From NCBI GenBank assembly GCA_023213395.1, contig CM041465.1, positions 84,761,741-84,825,740 of the forward strand: a DNA stretch of 64,000 nucleotides, read 5' to 3'. Shown here piece by piece: positions 29,822-43,737 of this stretch. The stretch comes from Cycas panzhihuaensis. Taxonomy: Eukaryota > Plantae > Cycadophyta. The translations under genes and the position numbers were made by a program. The notes under the pieces were generated by a model. It was not told the DNA's origin. It did no database searches and saw nothing but the letters and a program-made list of their open reading frames with translations. Position 1 is the first letter of the stretch. Every line of letters starts with the position of its first letter.

Positions 29822-32800
29822 TGATGGCATAATTGTCATCTATGAAACGGCCCATTCAACCTACCAGAGGAAATAGTCAAGTATGATAATCAAAATTGAA
29901 CTATACAAAGCATATGATAGGGTCTCTTGGGGTTACTTGTTAGAGTGCTTCAAAGTTTTTGACTTTGGAGGAAAATAGAGAGAATAGATAAATTCATATA
30001 TAACAAATCCTAAATACTCTATCCTTGTAAATGGTATATCAACAAGTTTTTTCCCTGGATCCAAAGGATTGAGACAGGGAGATCCTATCTCCCTATACCT
30101 TTTTATAATATTATCTGAGATGTTGGGAAGGGCAACGGAGATGGCCAAGAGATCGGGGATGGTAATTAGGATCAAGCCTACCTTAGGGGTTGAGAATATA
30201 GTTCATCATTAATTTATTAATGATAATATATTCCTTGGTAAGGTTTCTCTAAGGGAAACTCAGATGCTTAAAGAAGGAATGGAGAAGTTTGAGAGATCCA
30301 CCAATCAACAAGAAAATTTGAACAAAAGTAACATCTTTTTTATGTACACTAAGGAAAGGGTTCAGAAGAAGATCAGTAGAATTCTAGAAATGCCTATTCG
30401 CAAACTCTTGACTACTTATTTGGGTATGCCCCTATTTACTGGGAAGATGTCAAAGGAGTTATAGAACCCTATAATTGACAGGATGCAAAGGAAGTTGGCT
30501 GGTTAGAAGGGCTCCCTTATAAGCCAGGCTGGTAAGTTCAGTCGATTGCTGCTTCTCTTCGGAGTATACCAGTTCACGTGATGTTTATCTTCAAGATCTC
30601 ATTCAATGTCATGTCCATATTAAAATCTATTCAAGTGTGGTTCCTTTGGTCTGGGGTGGAGGAAAAGGACAAAATTCATTTAGTGGATTGGGATAAAGTC
30701 TGTCACCCTAAATGGGTAGGAGGCCTTAATCTTCAGAGGCTATCTTCTTTTGACAGTGCCTTAGTCACAAAACTTGGTTGGTGATTGGTAAAGAGAGAAG
30801 GTGGCTTATAGAATAGAATTATGTCCCAAAATTATCTCTAAGGGGGGCATTTCTTAAATGACAACTCTTTAAATCCTTGTGGATCATTAATTTGGAGAAG
30901 TATACTTCACTCTAGGTGGATGCTCAATGCAGGAGTGCAGTGGAAGCTAGGGTATGATAATATTATAAATTTTTTGAAGGATGTGTGGTGTGGTGACTTA
31001 CAGCTTAAAGGGAGGCTTGAAGTGGGCCCTATGCAGACTTCTTATAAGAGGATCTATAGTACAAAGGTGAAGGACTATTGGGTGGTCCAGGATGGGATCG
31101 TAAGGTGAAGAGATTTTTATGAGCTCCAAGGCAGGCAGGTTATTCAGGTTCACATAGAAGTTTTAAAAAATGAGATTGGCCAATATTTGTATTCAGAGAA
31201 GAGCAGAGGAGAACTCAATGGCTTAGCCTTCAGCCCATTTTGAAGACTAGTCAGCAAAATAGGGATACCTGTTTTTATGCCAAGAAAGAGGGGACCGAAA
31301 GAATCCACTCCTGGATGGGGTGTGGAAAATAGGTCTGACCCCCAAGATCACAGTATTTTGGTGGTTATGTCTTAGGAATAAGATATTAACGGTGAATAAC
31401 TTAAGGAAGAGGGCTCTTGCAATGTCAAACTAGTGTGTGTTTTGGCAAGAGGATGAGAGTCGATGGATCATATACTCCTTCATTGTTCTTATTCTAGAAA
31501 GGTGTGGAAGCTTATATGGGCCCAATTTGATGTACAATGGGTGGCCTCTAGAACTCTTCAGGACCAGTTGTTGGCCTAGACTAATCCCTTTAGAAGTAAA
31601 ACATTGGCTCACTTGTGGCAAATATCTTTGCTAGTGATGATATGGAACCTATGGAAGGAGAGAAACATGAGGATATTTCAAAATAGGCAGATGGATGAAT
31701 ACAAAACTTATGGGATTATCAAGGTTGGAATAGAGGAAATCGCAAAGAGGAGAAATATATCTTGGAAATTAAAAGGACTATAATAGAGAGATGGGGGATA
31801 AGGCCTAGAATATCAAGGGATCCGAGGTAGAATTGTTGTTGGCTTCTCCCTATGGAAACATAAGTGAAAATAAATTTTGATGGTGCCTCTAAAGGCAACC
31901 CTTAGGAGGCTAGAGGAAGGGGTATCTACAGAAACTTTAAAGGGGAAGTTAAGTGGGATTTTACAAATTACTATGGGTAACAGATTAACCACAAAGTTGA
32001 AATGATAGCTAGGCAAAAAGTAGTGGACATGACTATAAATCAGGGTTGTGAGAAGTTGATCATAGAAGGAGACTCTTTAAATGTAATTAACTTTCTCAAA
32101 AGGATGGTGGAGCTAGATTGGAAAGCGGTCGCTTATATAAGAGATATGCAGGATACTCTTTAGAGATGGGAGATTGTCCAAGTGAAACATATTTACAGGG
32201 AGGCGAATGGAGTAGTAGATAAGCTAGCTAATTGGGGGTCAGCCATAAGAGGTCATGGTTTTGGAGGGAGGAAGTTCTTGAAGAGATTATGAGTCTGGTT
32301 AAAGAGAATATATCTAGGATGCATCATTAGAGCTAGCCACTAGGTTAATCATGGCAGGGTGGATTAGTTAGGTCTAATGGATAGATATAGTTAGGCCATA
32401 GACTTGTCATGGCCATACTATGGGCCAAAAGGCAGCTAGTATAAAAAGGTTGGGGCCCTTATAAAACCCCTTCTATTTGTACCTAATAAAAAAAAAAAAA
32501 AGGTTGTTACAATGGTTGCGTAAAGGCAAAAGGACATTATTTACTCCATTGCATATGTTAAATATATCAAGAGAAATGGTAAGCAATAGAACAAGCTAGA
32601 TAGAGGTGACTTGTCACATCATAATAGACTAAAGAGAGTTACCTCAAAAACCAAATCTTTATTAATGATCTTATTAAGGGCTAAAAGATTTTATAACTTT
32701 AAGATTAACCAAGAAGAGTCTAAAAAATATGAAATCATTTGGAATATGAATACATTTAGATATGAGATATCTAAGTTTATCAACAAACTAAAAGATTATT

Positions 32801-33049
32801 TTGTTCTCAAGTTGTTTACAAGTCATCAATAAATCTAAAGGCTCCATTTCAACTTAAAAAAAAACAACAACCAAATCTTATAACTCATGAATATTCTAAA
32901 TAAATTAAAATAGGATTTATAAATATTAGCATCTATATATATCATCAATAATTGTTCTTTCAAGCAAACACTTCAAGGAAAAATCATCAATATCTCCATA
33001 CTAAGAAACATAAAAATAAAAGAGATTGAAATAATAAATTAGATCTTCA

Positions 33050-36000
33050 TTTTTTTTTTCATTTTAAGTTTAAAATAGATATCATTGAATTATAGGCTTA
33101 ATTACAATACAAAAAACTAGGGAAACCTAGAAATTAAATGGGCATACTTACCCATTCTTTTACATGAAGAGCACTCAAAATAGCAAAATTAGACTGTAAA
33201 TTTTTCATCAACTTTTTTCGAAGAGGGATGAAGTGAGGATTGTGAGACAGTTATAATAGAATATCCTTCCTTATGCGCCCAAGAGTTTTGACTAAAGGAC
33301 AGGACTACTTTATAAAAATAAGTTATAGTACGAATTATCAAAATTTCATATAAAGTGGTCTTAAGAAACATAAACCAAAGGTATATCAAGTGCCGACAAG
33401 TTGCAAACTAGACATAAGCGGTAGCTCAACTCCCTTTTATTAACCAAGGATGGAGAAGCAAGTTGCCATTACAAATTTTAATAAAGCATTAGGCCAAACT
33501 AAAAATCTAAAAAACAGTATACCAAATATCTTGGATAGGAGGACAATGCCACTATATGTAATCGAAACTATCCTCTTGGACACCATATACTACGCAATAC
33601 GATTGGCAACTTTCATTCCATTGATCCCAAGTGTCCTGGAAAATAAAGCCCTTATGCAAGATCCTCCAGTGTATTGAGCAAACATAAAATGAATCTCCTC
33701 AAGAGATGGATTGTATTAAATACAACAAGTATATATATAAATGAAATACAATATAACTGACACATATGATGTCAACATGTGTCATACACTTGTCATTAAG
33801 TGTGAAAGAGGGAATATAACCCTCAATGTATAGAAATCCTAGGTGAAACATTATAATCTAACACCCTCTCTTAATGTTTTACTCTTTTAATCCCTGTTTG
33901 TCTCTGAGAAATAGGAACTTGTCTTTGTTGAGAGGTTTTGTCAATATGTTTGCAATTTGTTCAGTCGATGAACAGTATATCAAATCAATTTCTTTGTTTT
34001 ACACATTTTCTCTTATAAAATGATGGTAAACCTCAATATGTTTTGTTCGAACATGAAGAACATGATTCTTTGTCAATTTGATGGCACTTTGATTATCACA
34101 AAAAAGAGTTGTTGGTCCTATTTGTTCTTGATCTAGATTTGATAGAAACTGTCTAAACCATACTACTTCACATGTTGTACTGACAGCTAATTTGTACTCT
34201 ACTTCTATAGATGAAAGGGTAATTGTAGTTTATTTTTTGCTACTCCAAGAAACTGTTGTTGCCCCAAGAAAGAAGCAATGACAAATGACCACTTATAGAT
34301 TTCCTATTTTCTTTGTTTCTAGTCTAGTCTCAATCACAACAACTAATTAATTTTTCTATCTTATCTTTTGGATAAATGAGTTTTAAATTGACCAATCCCT
34401 TTAGATACTTGAAAATCCTTTTTGTTGCTTTCTAATGTTTGATCTTAGGACTATACATTTATCTTGAGACCAGATTTACTACATATGAAATGTCTGGTCT
34501 GGTTGTAGTAAAGTATGTGAGACTACCAATTAACTACCTTTAGAGAGTCTCATTAACATTTTGATCATCATCACTATGAGTGAGATCACAACCTACTTCC
34601 ATAGGTATGATGTATGGATTACTTTCTTCCATTTTAAATTTAATCAACATATTTTTTATGTATCTGCTTTGGGATAAGGAGACTAAATTTTCTTCGTCCT
34701 ATTTCGATTCCCAGATAATAATTCAATAACCCTAGGTCAGACATTTCAAATCCCCTTTTTAGTTGATCTCTTATATCTTCAATTGATTCAGTGTCATTAC
34801 CAGTGAGAATCATGTCATCAATATAGACAATTATGATTGTAATCAAACCTTGTCTTTTTTTGGTGTACAAGCTGGAGTTTGAACTGCATCTGTTAAACCC
34901 ATTATGGATGAGATACTTATCCAATTCCGCATACCAAGCTTGGGGGGCTTGTTTTAACCTATACAAGGCCTTTTTAATTTGTATACAAGGTTTTCTTTAC
35001 CAGCTTGAATAAAACCTTTTAGTTGCTTCATATACACTTCTTCTTCAAGATCACCATTTTAAAAAGCATTTTTTACATTTAATTGATATATTTTCCAATT
35101 ATTTTGAGTTGCTAAAGCTATTACAGTTCTTATACTATCAAGTTTAGCAACTAGAAAAAAATCTTTTTCATAATCTATTCCATGAGTCTGAGTATAGCCC
35201 TTGGCAATTAACCTAGCTTTGTATTTGCTTATTTTTCCATCTACTTCTTCTTTGATTTTGTATACCCATTTACAATTGACTATGGGTTTTCCTAGAGATG
35301 GACTTACTAGATCCCAGGTTTGATTCTTGGCAATTGACTCCATTTCTTCGTTCATAGCAGCTTTCCATTCTTGGTGATCTTTAGCTTCTTCGAATGGTTG
35401 AGGTTCTACATATGTCAAAAGAGCATAAGGCATTTGACTTCTTGTTCTATGAGCATATATATCTCATTTTCTTTCTTCAATGGTCTTAAGATACCACTTG
35501 GGTGTCATTTTCCCTTCTTTATTTTCTTCATCATCATTTCTAGTTTTAGCCTCGCCTAATGATGTTTCTCCTTCTCTATTAACAGAATAGTCTTGAGATT
35601 CCCTCTCTGCATCATTTGTCTGTATAGTCTTTAAGGTGATTTCAAAAGTTTCTTCAAGTGGGAGTCGAGGTTGAACTGACTCTTTTGGAGTTTCTTCTAT
35701 TAATTGTTGTACTTCTGTGCTTTTAAGGTATTTATGCTCATAAAAAACAACATCTCTACTAATATAGACCTTATTTGTTTTAGGGTCTATACATTTGTAA
35801 GCCTTAGAATTTTTGTTATAGCCTATCATAATACATTCTATACTTTTGAAATATAATTTAGACCTCTTTTTATCTGGGATATGAACAAAGACTTTACATC
35901 CAAAAATTCTCAAGTTACTTACATCTGGCTTGATGTTTGTCCAAACTCCTTCTAGAGTGATATGATCTAGTATTCTTGTAGGACTTATGTTTATTAAATA

Positions 36001-39000
36001 TACAGTTGTGTTGACGACTTTTGCCCAGTAGATTTTTGAAACTTGACTTTGTTCGATCATTTATCTAGACATCTCCATGATTGTCCTCTTCATTTGTTTA
36101 GCGACTCTATTTGATCGAAGAGTGTAAGGAGTAATTATTTGTCTCTTGATCCCATGAGTCCTACAGAAGTATTGAAAACCATTTGATATATATTCGCCAC
36201 CACCATCAAACCTAATACATTTAATTTTTGTTCGAGATTTCAATTCAACTTCTGCTTTAAATTCTTTGAATTTTTCAAACACATCAGATTTGTAATACAA
36301 AAAATATATCCAACTTCTCTTAGAGAAGTCATTAATAAACGATAAGAAGTATCTTGCACCATTGACGGAGCAGGGTGTGAGAGGACTACATAGATCAGTG
36401 CGAAGCAATTCGAGCTTATTTTGAGCTTTTCATTCATTGGCTTTAAAAGGAAGGCGATGTTTTCTTAAACATGCACTCTTACACATGAAATGTTGAAAGG
36501 AGATGTTTGAAAGACCATTAACCATTTTAAACTTTTTCAACTGCAATAACCTATCAGAGGAGATATGCCCATACTTTAAATGCTACAATTTATTATCATC
36601 ATTGTTAACAACAGTACATGTTTTTTCATTGATGTAGACTGGTTTTGAAAGTAACTTATAGAGATCGTTACTTTCAATACTTTTAATAACTAATGTACCT
36701 CCATTTTTCATGTCTAAAATGTAGCATAAACCATTTTCATCAAACACAATTCTCTATTTTTTTTCCTTAGTTGAGAAATAAAAAGAAGATTCTTTTTTAG
36801 TCCTAGAACAAATAGAATATCGTCAATTTTTTTTATCTTCTCTTTTATTTTGATGGTAATGGTACCAATTCCTTCAATATACAAGGGATGTCTATCTCCA
36901 AGTTCAACTGATTTATGATAAGCAAAAGGTTTTAATGATTCAAACCAGCCTTTTCTTTTAGGCATATGTCTGGCTGCTCTTGAATCAATGTACGAGATTT
37001 CATCATCTCCGAGATGAGTGGTGAGTGCTGCTTGGAATGTTGTTTCTTCCTCATCATCATCGTCTTGCTCTTTACTGAAGTTTCCAACAGGTTGCTTGCC
37101 TTTATGAATTTCAGCTCTCCTTTGAGAACATTGATAAGGATAATGTCTTGATCTGCCATAGTGATAACATACATCAAAGACCCTACAATTACTGGAGCAG
37201 TGCCCAGGTTTACCACAGTTAAAGCAAACTCTAGCCTTTTTGGGAGGTATATTGCGGCCTCTCCCACGATTATCTTGACTTCTTCCTTAGGTCATGCTCC
37301 TTGGGTCGAATGTTCTACTACATCCTCATGATTGGCCCTTGCTTCTAGGTCCCAAATGGAGTTTGGAGACAAAAGAATCTTCAATTTTTGTTGTGTCCTT
37401 ATATCGCTTGTTTCTCTACTCTTGTCTGAGGAGAAGACTTATCAATGTATCAAGAGTCATGCCATTGATTTGATCATTATTAGTGATTGTATTAATTGTG
37501 ACATCAAAGGACTTGGGCAGTTTGCTTGCAACCATCTCGACCAACTCTTGTTCCTCTATTTTGGCGCCTGCACTTAATAGATTATTTCTAATGGAAGTGA
37601 CTTTATAAAAAAATTCAGAAACAGTTTCAGATTCTCTCATATGTAAATTGAATAGATCTTCTTTGATAGCTATGATGCGAGCCTTGTTTTTTTGACCATA
37701 TCAGTTTTCAAATAATTGCCACACTTCTAAGGAAGAGTTTACATTTTCAACATAAACTAGAAGAGGATCTGAAATGGAGAGCTTCAGAGTGATTAGCCCG
37801 ACATTGTCTCTTTCCTCCCACCTAGGATAATCCAAGTCATCTTCATCTAGCTTTGGTTCTTTACCTGTAGCAATTTTTTAGGCATTTTTTGCTCTCAAAA
37901 GTCTCTATTTTTATCTTCCAAACATGATAATTATTGGAACTCAGTTTATCTTGATCTGACAGGGCTAAAACAGAGCAGGCCATTTCTTGATTAATAAGAA
38001 TTGAAGTTCTAAAGATTGTAAGCAAACTTGTCAGTACAGTTGTACAGATTTTTGTACGGTATCAAAGTCGTATAGAAGAGAAAGAAAGCGGTCCCAACTT
38101 CAAGAGCACAAAAATGGGGGTATCCAAAAATATAGATATTTTCCTGAGATCAGCTCTATTTTGAGAGAAATGGTATAGGAAAGCAAAAAACCTGCGCGAC
38201 TAGGGTTTGACATTTTGAGAGAAAAAATCCACAGAAAATGGAGAAAAAACTGGCAAGACTAGTCTCAAATCCTTCGAAATCAACTAAGAAAGGGATTTGA
38301 TGAGATAAACACCAGATTTATGAATGAATTTCTCAAAAAAAAAGAGATATGAACCTCAAACCTGCACGCATGAAGAGGAGGTCAAAGTCTCTTGAGATGA
38401 GCTCAGATCGATACTGTGCAAAGCAAAGATTGATGAGGAGGCCAAGATCTACAAACTGGAAAAATTTGAAGCGATTCTGACAACTTTGAATTTGGAGGTC
38501 TGTATAACCATACGGATCCGTACACAGTCTATACGCAAAGGTCACTAAGGATATCTTCAAGATTAGAAGACTTGATTTTTCTTTTTGACATTGATTTCCA
38601 CTGGATACCAGACGCAATGCTGATTTCTCTCGCAGATCAAGAAAATTCTTCAATCAAGCAGAGTGACCCTGCTCTGATACCATGTTGAGCAAACATAAAA
38701 TGAATCTCCTCAAGAGATGGATTGTATTAGATACAACAAGTACATATATACATGAAATACAATGTAACTAACATATATGATGTCGACACGTGTCATACAC
38801 TTGTCACTAAGTATGAAAGAGAGAATATGACCCTCAATGTATCGAAATCCTAGGTGAAACAATATAATCTAACACAGTGAAGCACATTGTGTTTGGGTTG
38901 AGCTTCTTTCCATCAAATCCATCCCCATTCAGCTTGGAGTTGAGTATGATGAAATTGTTGGCTATATACCAAGTAATAAAATTCAGCGAATTTAACACAT

Positions 39001-42000
39001 GACCCCTGGATAGAAACCTTATACCTTCCTATTGTTTTAACTCTTGAGAGATAATAAGAGGATCAACTTGCCTCATAAAAAAATTAAGATTTTCCGCCAT
39101 CTGCAAAAGAGAAGTTTCAGGCTGATGGTTGAGTTCCATCAAAAGACCAACAAAATCCTTCCAATAGAGCTAATCAAAATCATGAAATTGAGCCACAGTG
39201 AACCAATTGCGGGAACTAAAAAATTAAGTTAAAGGAGCGAAATCCTCTTGACTGCCTAAGGGAGGGAATCTTGGAGGTAGCCACTTGTCATTCCAAAAAT
39301 TGACCTGACGACCAGTTAAACCAGGAGAAAAAGGAGTATTATAATGTAAGTTATCCCAAGTTGCCACTGTATGATTCCAAATAGAGGACCCTTTGTTGAG
39401 ATAGTTAGGAGTAGCTAATTGTTGTTTAGCAGAGTACGCAAAACAATGCTTCCTCCTAATAATGCAAACCCATTTGTTATTTTCCCTGTTCGAGAGGTGC
39501 CACAGACGCTTAGCTCCTCTCACCTTTGCCAAAATAAAGGGGTCTTTGACACCAAGGCCACCACGACCTTTGTGAGCCGACAACATACTCCATTTCACAA
39601 GGTGAAAGATCTTCAAATCAACGAACCATGATTTCCAAAGAAATTTTATAAGAAGACTTTAAATCATTGATAATACAATTTTGGGAGCTTGAATAATGGA
39701 CATAAGGTAATTTGGCAGTTGGGAAAGAGTTGATTCTATTAAACTTCAGCGACTGGTTAAATTAAAAGATCTAATAGCCCAAGCATCCAACTTCTTTTTA
39801 ATTTTCAGAATATAAGGTCACCAGTCAGAAATTTTTAATCTTGAGAGGCCCATAGGAATATCTAGATATTTGAAAAGAGTGGATCTTGGAGCAATAGGAA
39901 CACTAAGAGCCAATGCCAAATTGAATTGCATCTCTATTCTTACTTCATTGAAAATAATGCTAGATTTGCCATGATTAATTTTCATCCCTACTATGAAGCC
40001 AAAAACTTTAAGCGCTTGACTTCATGCACTGATTTCTATATATGAAGGGTGGCCCAATAAAATGGTATTATTTGCGAAAATCTGGTGCGTTGTGATCTTA
40101 GATCCATCAATAGAGATTCCTTGAAGAAGATCTATTGATTGGAGCCATAAAAGAAGAAAGAGATGCCTTCCATAGCTATTACAAAAGGATAAAGCGATAA
40201 GGGACAACCTTGGTGAATTCCTCTACTTATATAAATAAGACCATCAATTGAGCCATTAATTTTTATAGCCATTGAAACCGAAGAGATCATGGCTTTGATC
40301 CAATTAATATGGTCTGATTAAAGGCCCTTTTGAGAAAGAATAGCAAGAAGGAAATCCCATTCCACAGTGTCATAAGCTTTATTGATGTCTAATTTGAGTA
40401 TAGCAGCTTTTTGCTTCTTTGTGTGTATAGTATGGAGAGCCTCAACGATTACAGTTATGTTGTCTGCTATATGCCGACCTCTTATAAAGGGTGTTTGATT
40501 TTCATTGACAACCTGAGGGAGGAACTCTTTGAGCCGATTTACTAGAACTTTGGCTATAATATTATATGAGGTATTACAAAGGCTTATGGTCTCCATTGAT
40601 GGATGGTGGAAGGAATACCATTTTTGGGGATCAAATAAACTATGGTTGCATTGACAGCTAGGTTCATTCTTCCTATCCGACAAACCTCTTATGCTACTTC
40701 TGCTGATAGATGTGGAACCTCTTCAGAATTTATAGTTAATAAGAGCTTAATAGGCATTCCATCTAGACTAGGAGATTTGCCTTTAGGAAGCTTTAACATA
40801 ATTTTGTGGACCTCCTCATTAGTGATCAATCTATTAAGAGAAGCATCGAGGTTTCTACAACATTCCTCCGTGATAGGATTCACATTTGAGAGAACAATTT
40901 GAATAGCTCTAGCTCTGGTCAGAGAGAACCCCTATGTGGTCCACAATCTTTTGAAATGATGGTAAGACTCATATTAGATTCTATGGCACGAATATGTGAA
41001 TTTTGAAGGGGAAACCTGCAAGCACTTCAATGACCGTTGGTGTTTTATTACTTTTGCATAGTGGTTGAAAAGTTTTAAGTTCTGATCTGCGTAAAGTTTC
41101 CATTGAATATTTGACCATGCTTTCCATTTTTCATTTTCCTGCTTTTGCATGAGCAAAAATTGATTATTTAAATCAATAAGCTTCAACTAAAGCTCAACCA
41201 AAACTTTACCTTCTTCAAACTGCTTTTGTGAATCCTGAATAGTAACTAGTAAGAAATCATTGTGATCTTCAAATTTATGTTTGCAATATTTGCCAAACAT
41301 CTTAATATGAGATTTAAGGCCCTTCATAATCGTCGTCTATCGAGCACTTGGACTATCTAAGGTATCTGTGTTAGTATACAGTTCTTCCCACCAATGCTAA
41401 AGGACTCTCCTAAAATCTTCTAGATTAAGTAAATTTGTGTTTAATTTAAAAATTGTCTTTCATATAGTAGGATAATTAACTCCAAGGGAAAAATGGATCT
41501 TGATGGGAATTGATCAGATATCACAGCCGCATTCACTGAAATGTATTGATACTGGACAATTAAATGGATGAACAAATTAGAAATATAAGCTCTATCTAGT
41601 CTTTCTGCTATGCGACTGCTCGCCTGCAGATTATTGGTCTAAGTAAACCTCAGGGGGGCCTTCTAAAGAAGTTTGGAAAGACCTAAAAAATCTTTAAGTT
41701 CAGCAAAAGTCAAGTTATCCTTTTGATAAGGTCTTTTGAATTTACCACCTAATTTGTTATTAGGATATTCCACAAAGTTGAAATCTCCCAAGAGTAAAAT
41801 GTGGTAATGTTTAGCCTGATAGTTATTAAGAGTATTTGCCAGAACTTGCCATGAGTCGTATTTGACCCAAACATTAGTAGAGGTATAAACTCCAATGACC
41901 CAACAAACAAAATGATCATTTTCCATTTTCAAACATAACCAATCTTGAAAAGGACTTATAATATACTAGAGCATCTTCCACTGGTTGTTCTAGAAAATAC

Positions 42001-43737
42001 ATAGGCCTCTGATGAGTCAGTCTGAAATAATTACTTTTCATTGAGTTGAAGGCCATATACTATGAGTAGTGTGCCTCATGTCATTATCGGACACTATATG
42101 AGTTTTTGTCAAAACCAAGAAATGAGGATGATGATGTCGAACTATACGTTTTATCTCCAAATGTTTGCAAAAGTGGGAAGGACTGATACCCCTGATATTC
42201 CAAGCTATTGTTGAAATGTTATTTCTATCCATTTAGTTGAGAAGAATTGATACGAGCTAAAGATTTGAGTTGGGTATGATGTGGGGCATCTTTATTATTG
42301 GGTACATGTTATTGAGTTTGATAAGAATTCACATTGGGAGGTTTTAGCCATTAAATTTCTGGTACATGCTCTAGGGAATCTACTTCCTCTATGAGCATGT
42401 TATCCGAATTCTTTTGAGAATCTCTAGAGCTAGGCACAACAACAGCTTCAGATGCTTGTCCTTAGGTATGCAAAACCACTTTCAGCCTTTTCTTTAATTT
42501 ATCTCTTGAATTGTTAAAATATGAATACGAAGACTGAGTACTCATGAGATGGCCTTTGCCTTTTTTTTTGTATCTGATTGGTGACTAGTGTCCACCCTCC
42601 TCCTCTTTCCTGAGGAACAAGTATATGCTAATGATGGGTGGTCGCTTCCGTGTGAAACCGTAGTGTTTCTTCAATATAAATGGGGATGTTTCCTACTAGT
42701 TGTTCATTTTCCTTCAGGTGAGAGGAGGGCCTTTGGTTTGGGATAGCTTCATCTCTCCAAGGGTCTAAACTAGGAGGGGCCTAGAACGAGTGGCAAATTT
42801 TACGAACATGCCCAATATTATGACATGCTTTTCTAAAGGGGACTCTCTCGTAATTTAAGTTAATTTTAATGAACTTATTTGCAACTTTAATAAAAAGATG
42901 TTCTTTTAACAGTTTAGTCATATCTAACTTGACACACCCTTTAGCCACCCCGCTAGTAATATGGCCTAAAGTGTCCGAGTCTAACTTGATAACCTTGCCC
43001 ATCATAGATACTATTTTGATTAACCATTCTCGTTCTTTGAATTCATCTGGTAAAAAAGATAGTTGAACCCAAACAAAAATTTTCGAAGGCTCTAGGTTAC
43101 TCGAATTGAACATGGGAGACCACCATTGAAGTGTTAGACCCGAATTTCTCATAAACCAAGAACCTCCATATAAAACTTTTTTTAGATTTGTTGTATTAGA
43201 GAAGAAAATATTGAAGAAGCATTTCCTTTTTAATTCAAAGGTAACCTGACTCGAGAGAATGGGACCCCAAACCGCTTTTGCCCATTCTTTCAGAGACCAT
43301 GTAGGAGGATAGAGATTATTAAATTTATCAATGAGAGTTTTTGCCTGAAGCTTCACACATATACTCTCAACGTCCTCAACTCGAAAGGTAATGGTATTAG
43401 TTTCATAATCCACCATTCCTGGTAGCGTGTTAAGGAGACCCTCATAAATAAATTTTTTCTAATTATCATGTTGCAGGGCCTAAGCTTAAGAAGCCGGAAT
43501 TTGTGGATCAAAAAGAAAAAAGCCATGAACTTCATTTAGGAGACTATTCTGTTGTATGACTAATAAACCAAACTAAAACATATTTTTTCCTAAGACAATC
43601 TTGGAGGGATTCTGAAATCCATATAGATTATGGCCGTATAACCTACCTAGTATTTTGAATTGGAGCAAGAACTTCCTCCATGGAGCTCACACTAGAAAAA
43701 AATAAAAATAACCTCCATGCTTTGCTGAAAGAGAAAA
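33050..43737 (-). mobile_element. Near full-length L1-type LINE (no RNase H seen), decayed, interrupted by copia C
   Basis: ORF1 42781-43416 (DUF4283 plus knuckle CHNIGHVRKIC). ORF2 start MDRNNISTIAWNIRG (42232), endonuclease LLGDFN, RT LKLDINKAYDTVEW (40318-40683), GRGGLGVKD (39224-39616), zf-RVT-like Cys/His motif near 33530-33600. T-run at 33050-33059 as tail. Candidate TSD agatcttc at 33041-33048 and 43738-43745. The ends are less certain than the body. Confidence 0.85.
33672..38874 (-). mobile_element. Complete Ty1/copia element (copia C), related to copia A in protein sequence but with different LTRs
   Basis: 192-bp LTRs at 33672-33863 and 38683-38874 (about 15 substitutions). Perfect TSD cagtg at 33667-33671 and 38875-38879. 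PBS (gctctgatacca on +) at 38671-38682; PPT at 33864-33874. ORF pieces: gag 37416-37640, integrase 35464-36408, RT 34640-35433. Confidence 0.96.

Larger units (their letters stand above)
13319..32501 (+). mobile_element. Full-length L1-type LINE (ORF1 DUF4283/zinc knuckle; ORF2 endonuclease-RT-zf-RVT-RNase H), decayed, interrupted by two copia insertions
   Basis: 16-bp TSD gttgttacaatggttg at 13303-13318 and 32503-32518, the latter just after aataaa plus poly(A) at 32485-32501. ORF1 reads MALPRG|YVLFKF across the first insertion. ORF2 fragments include 21161-21622 and 21635-22081 (HWRQKSRALWLAEGDRN). RT reads GRQITD|GIIVIYETAHS across the second insertion, with GLRQGDPISLYLF near 30066. RNase H motifs KINFDGASKGNP (near 31868) and HIYREANGVVDKLA (near 32188) are present. 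Confidence 0.93.

Noticed and set aside
42009-42027. Hammerhead-like core ctgatga...gaaa
   Set aside because: Stem II cannot form, and the motif lies antisense within LINE endonuclease coding sequence.
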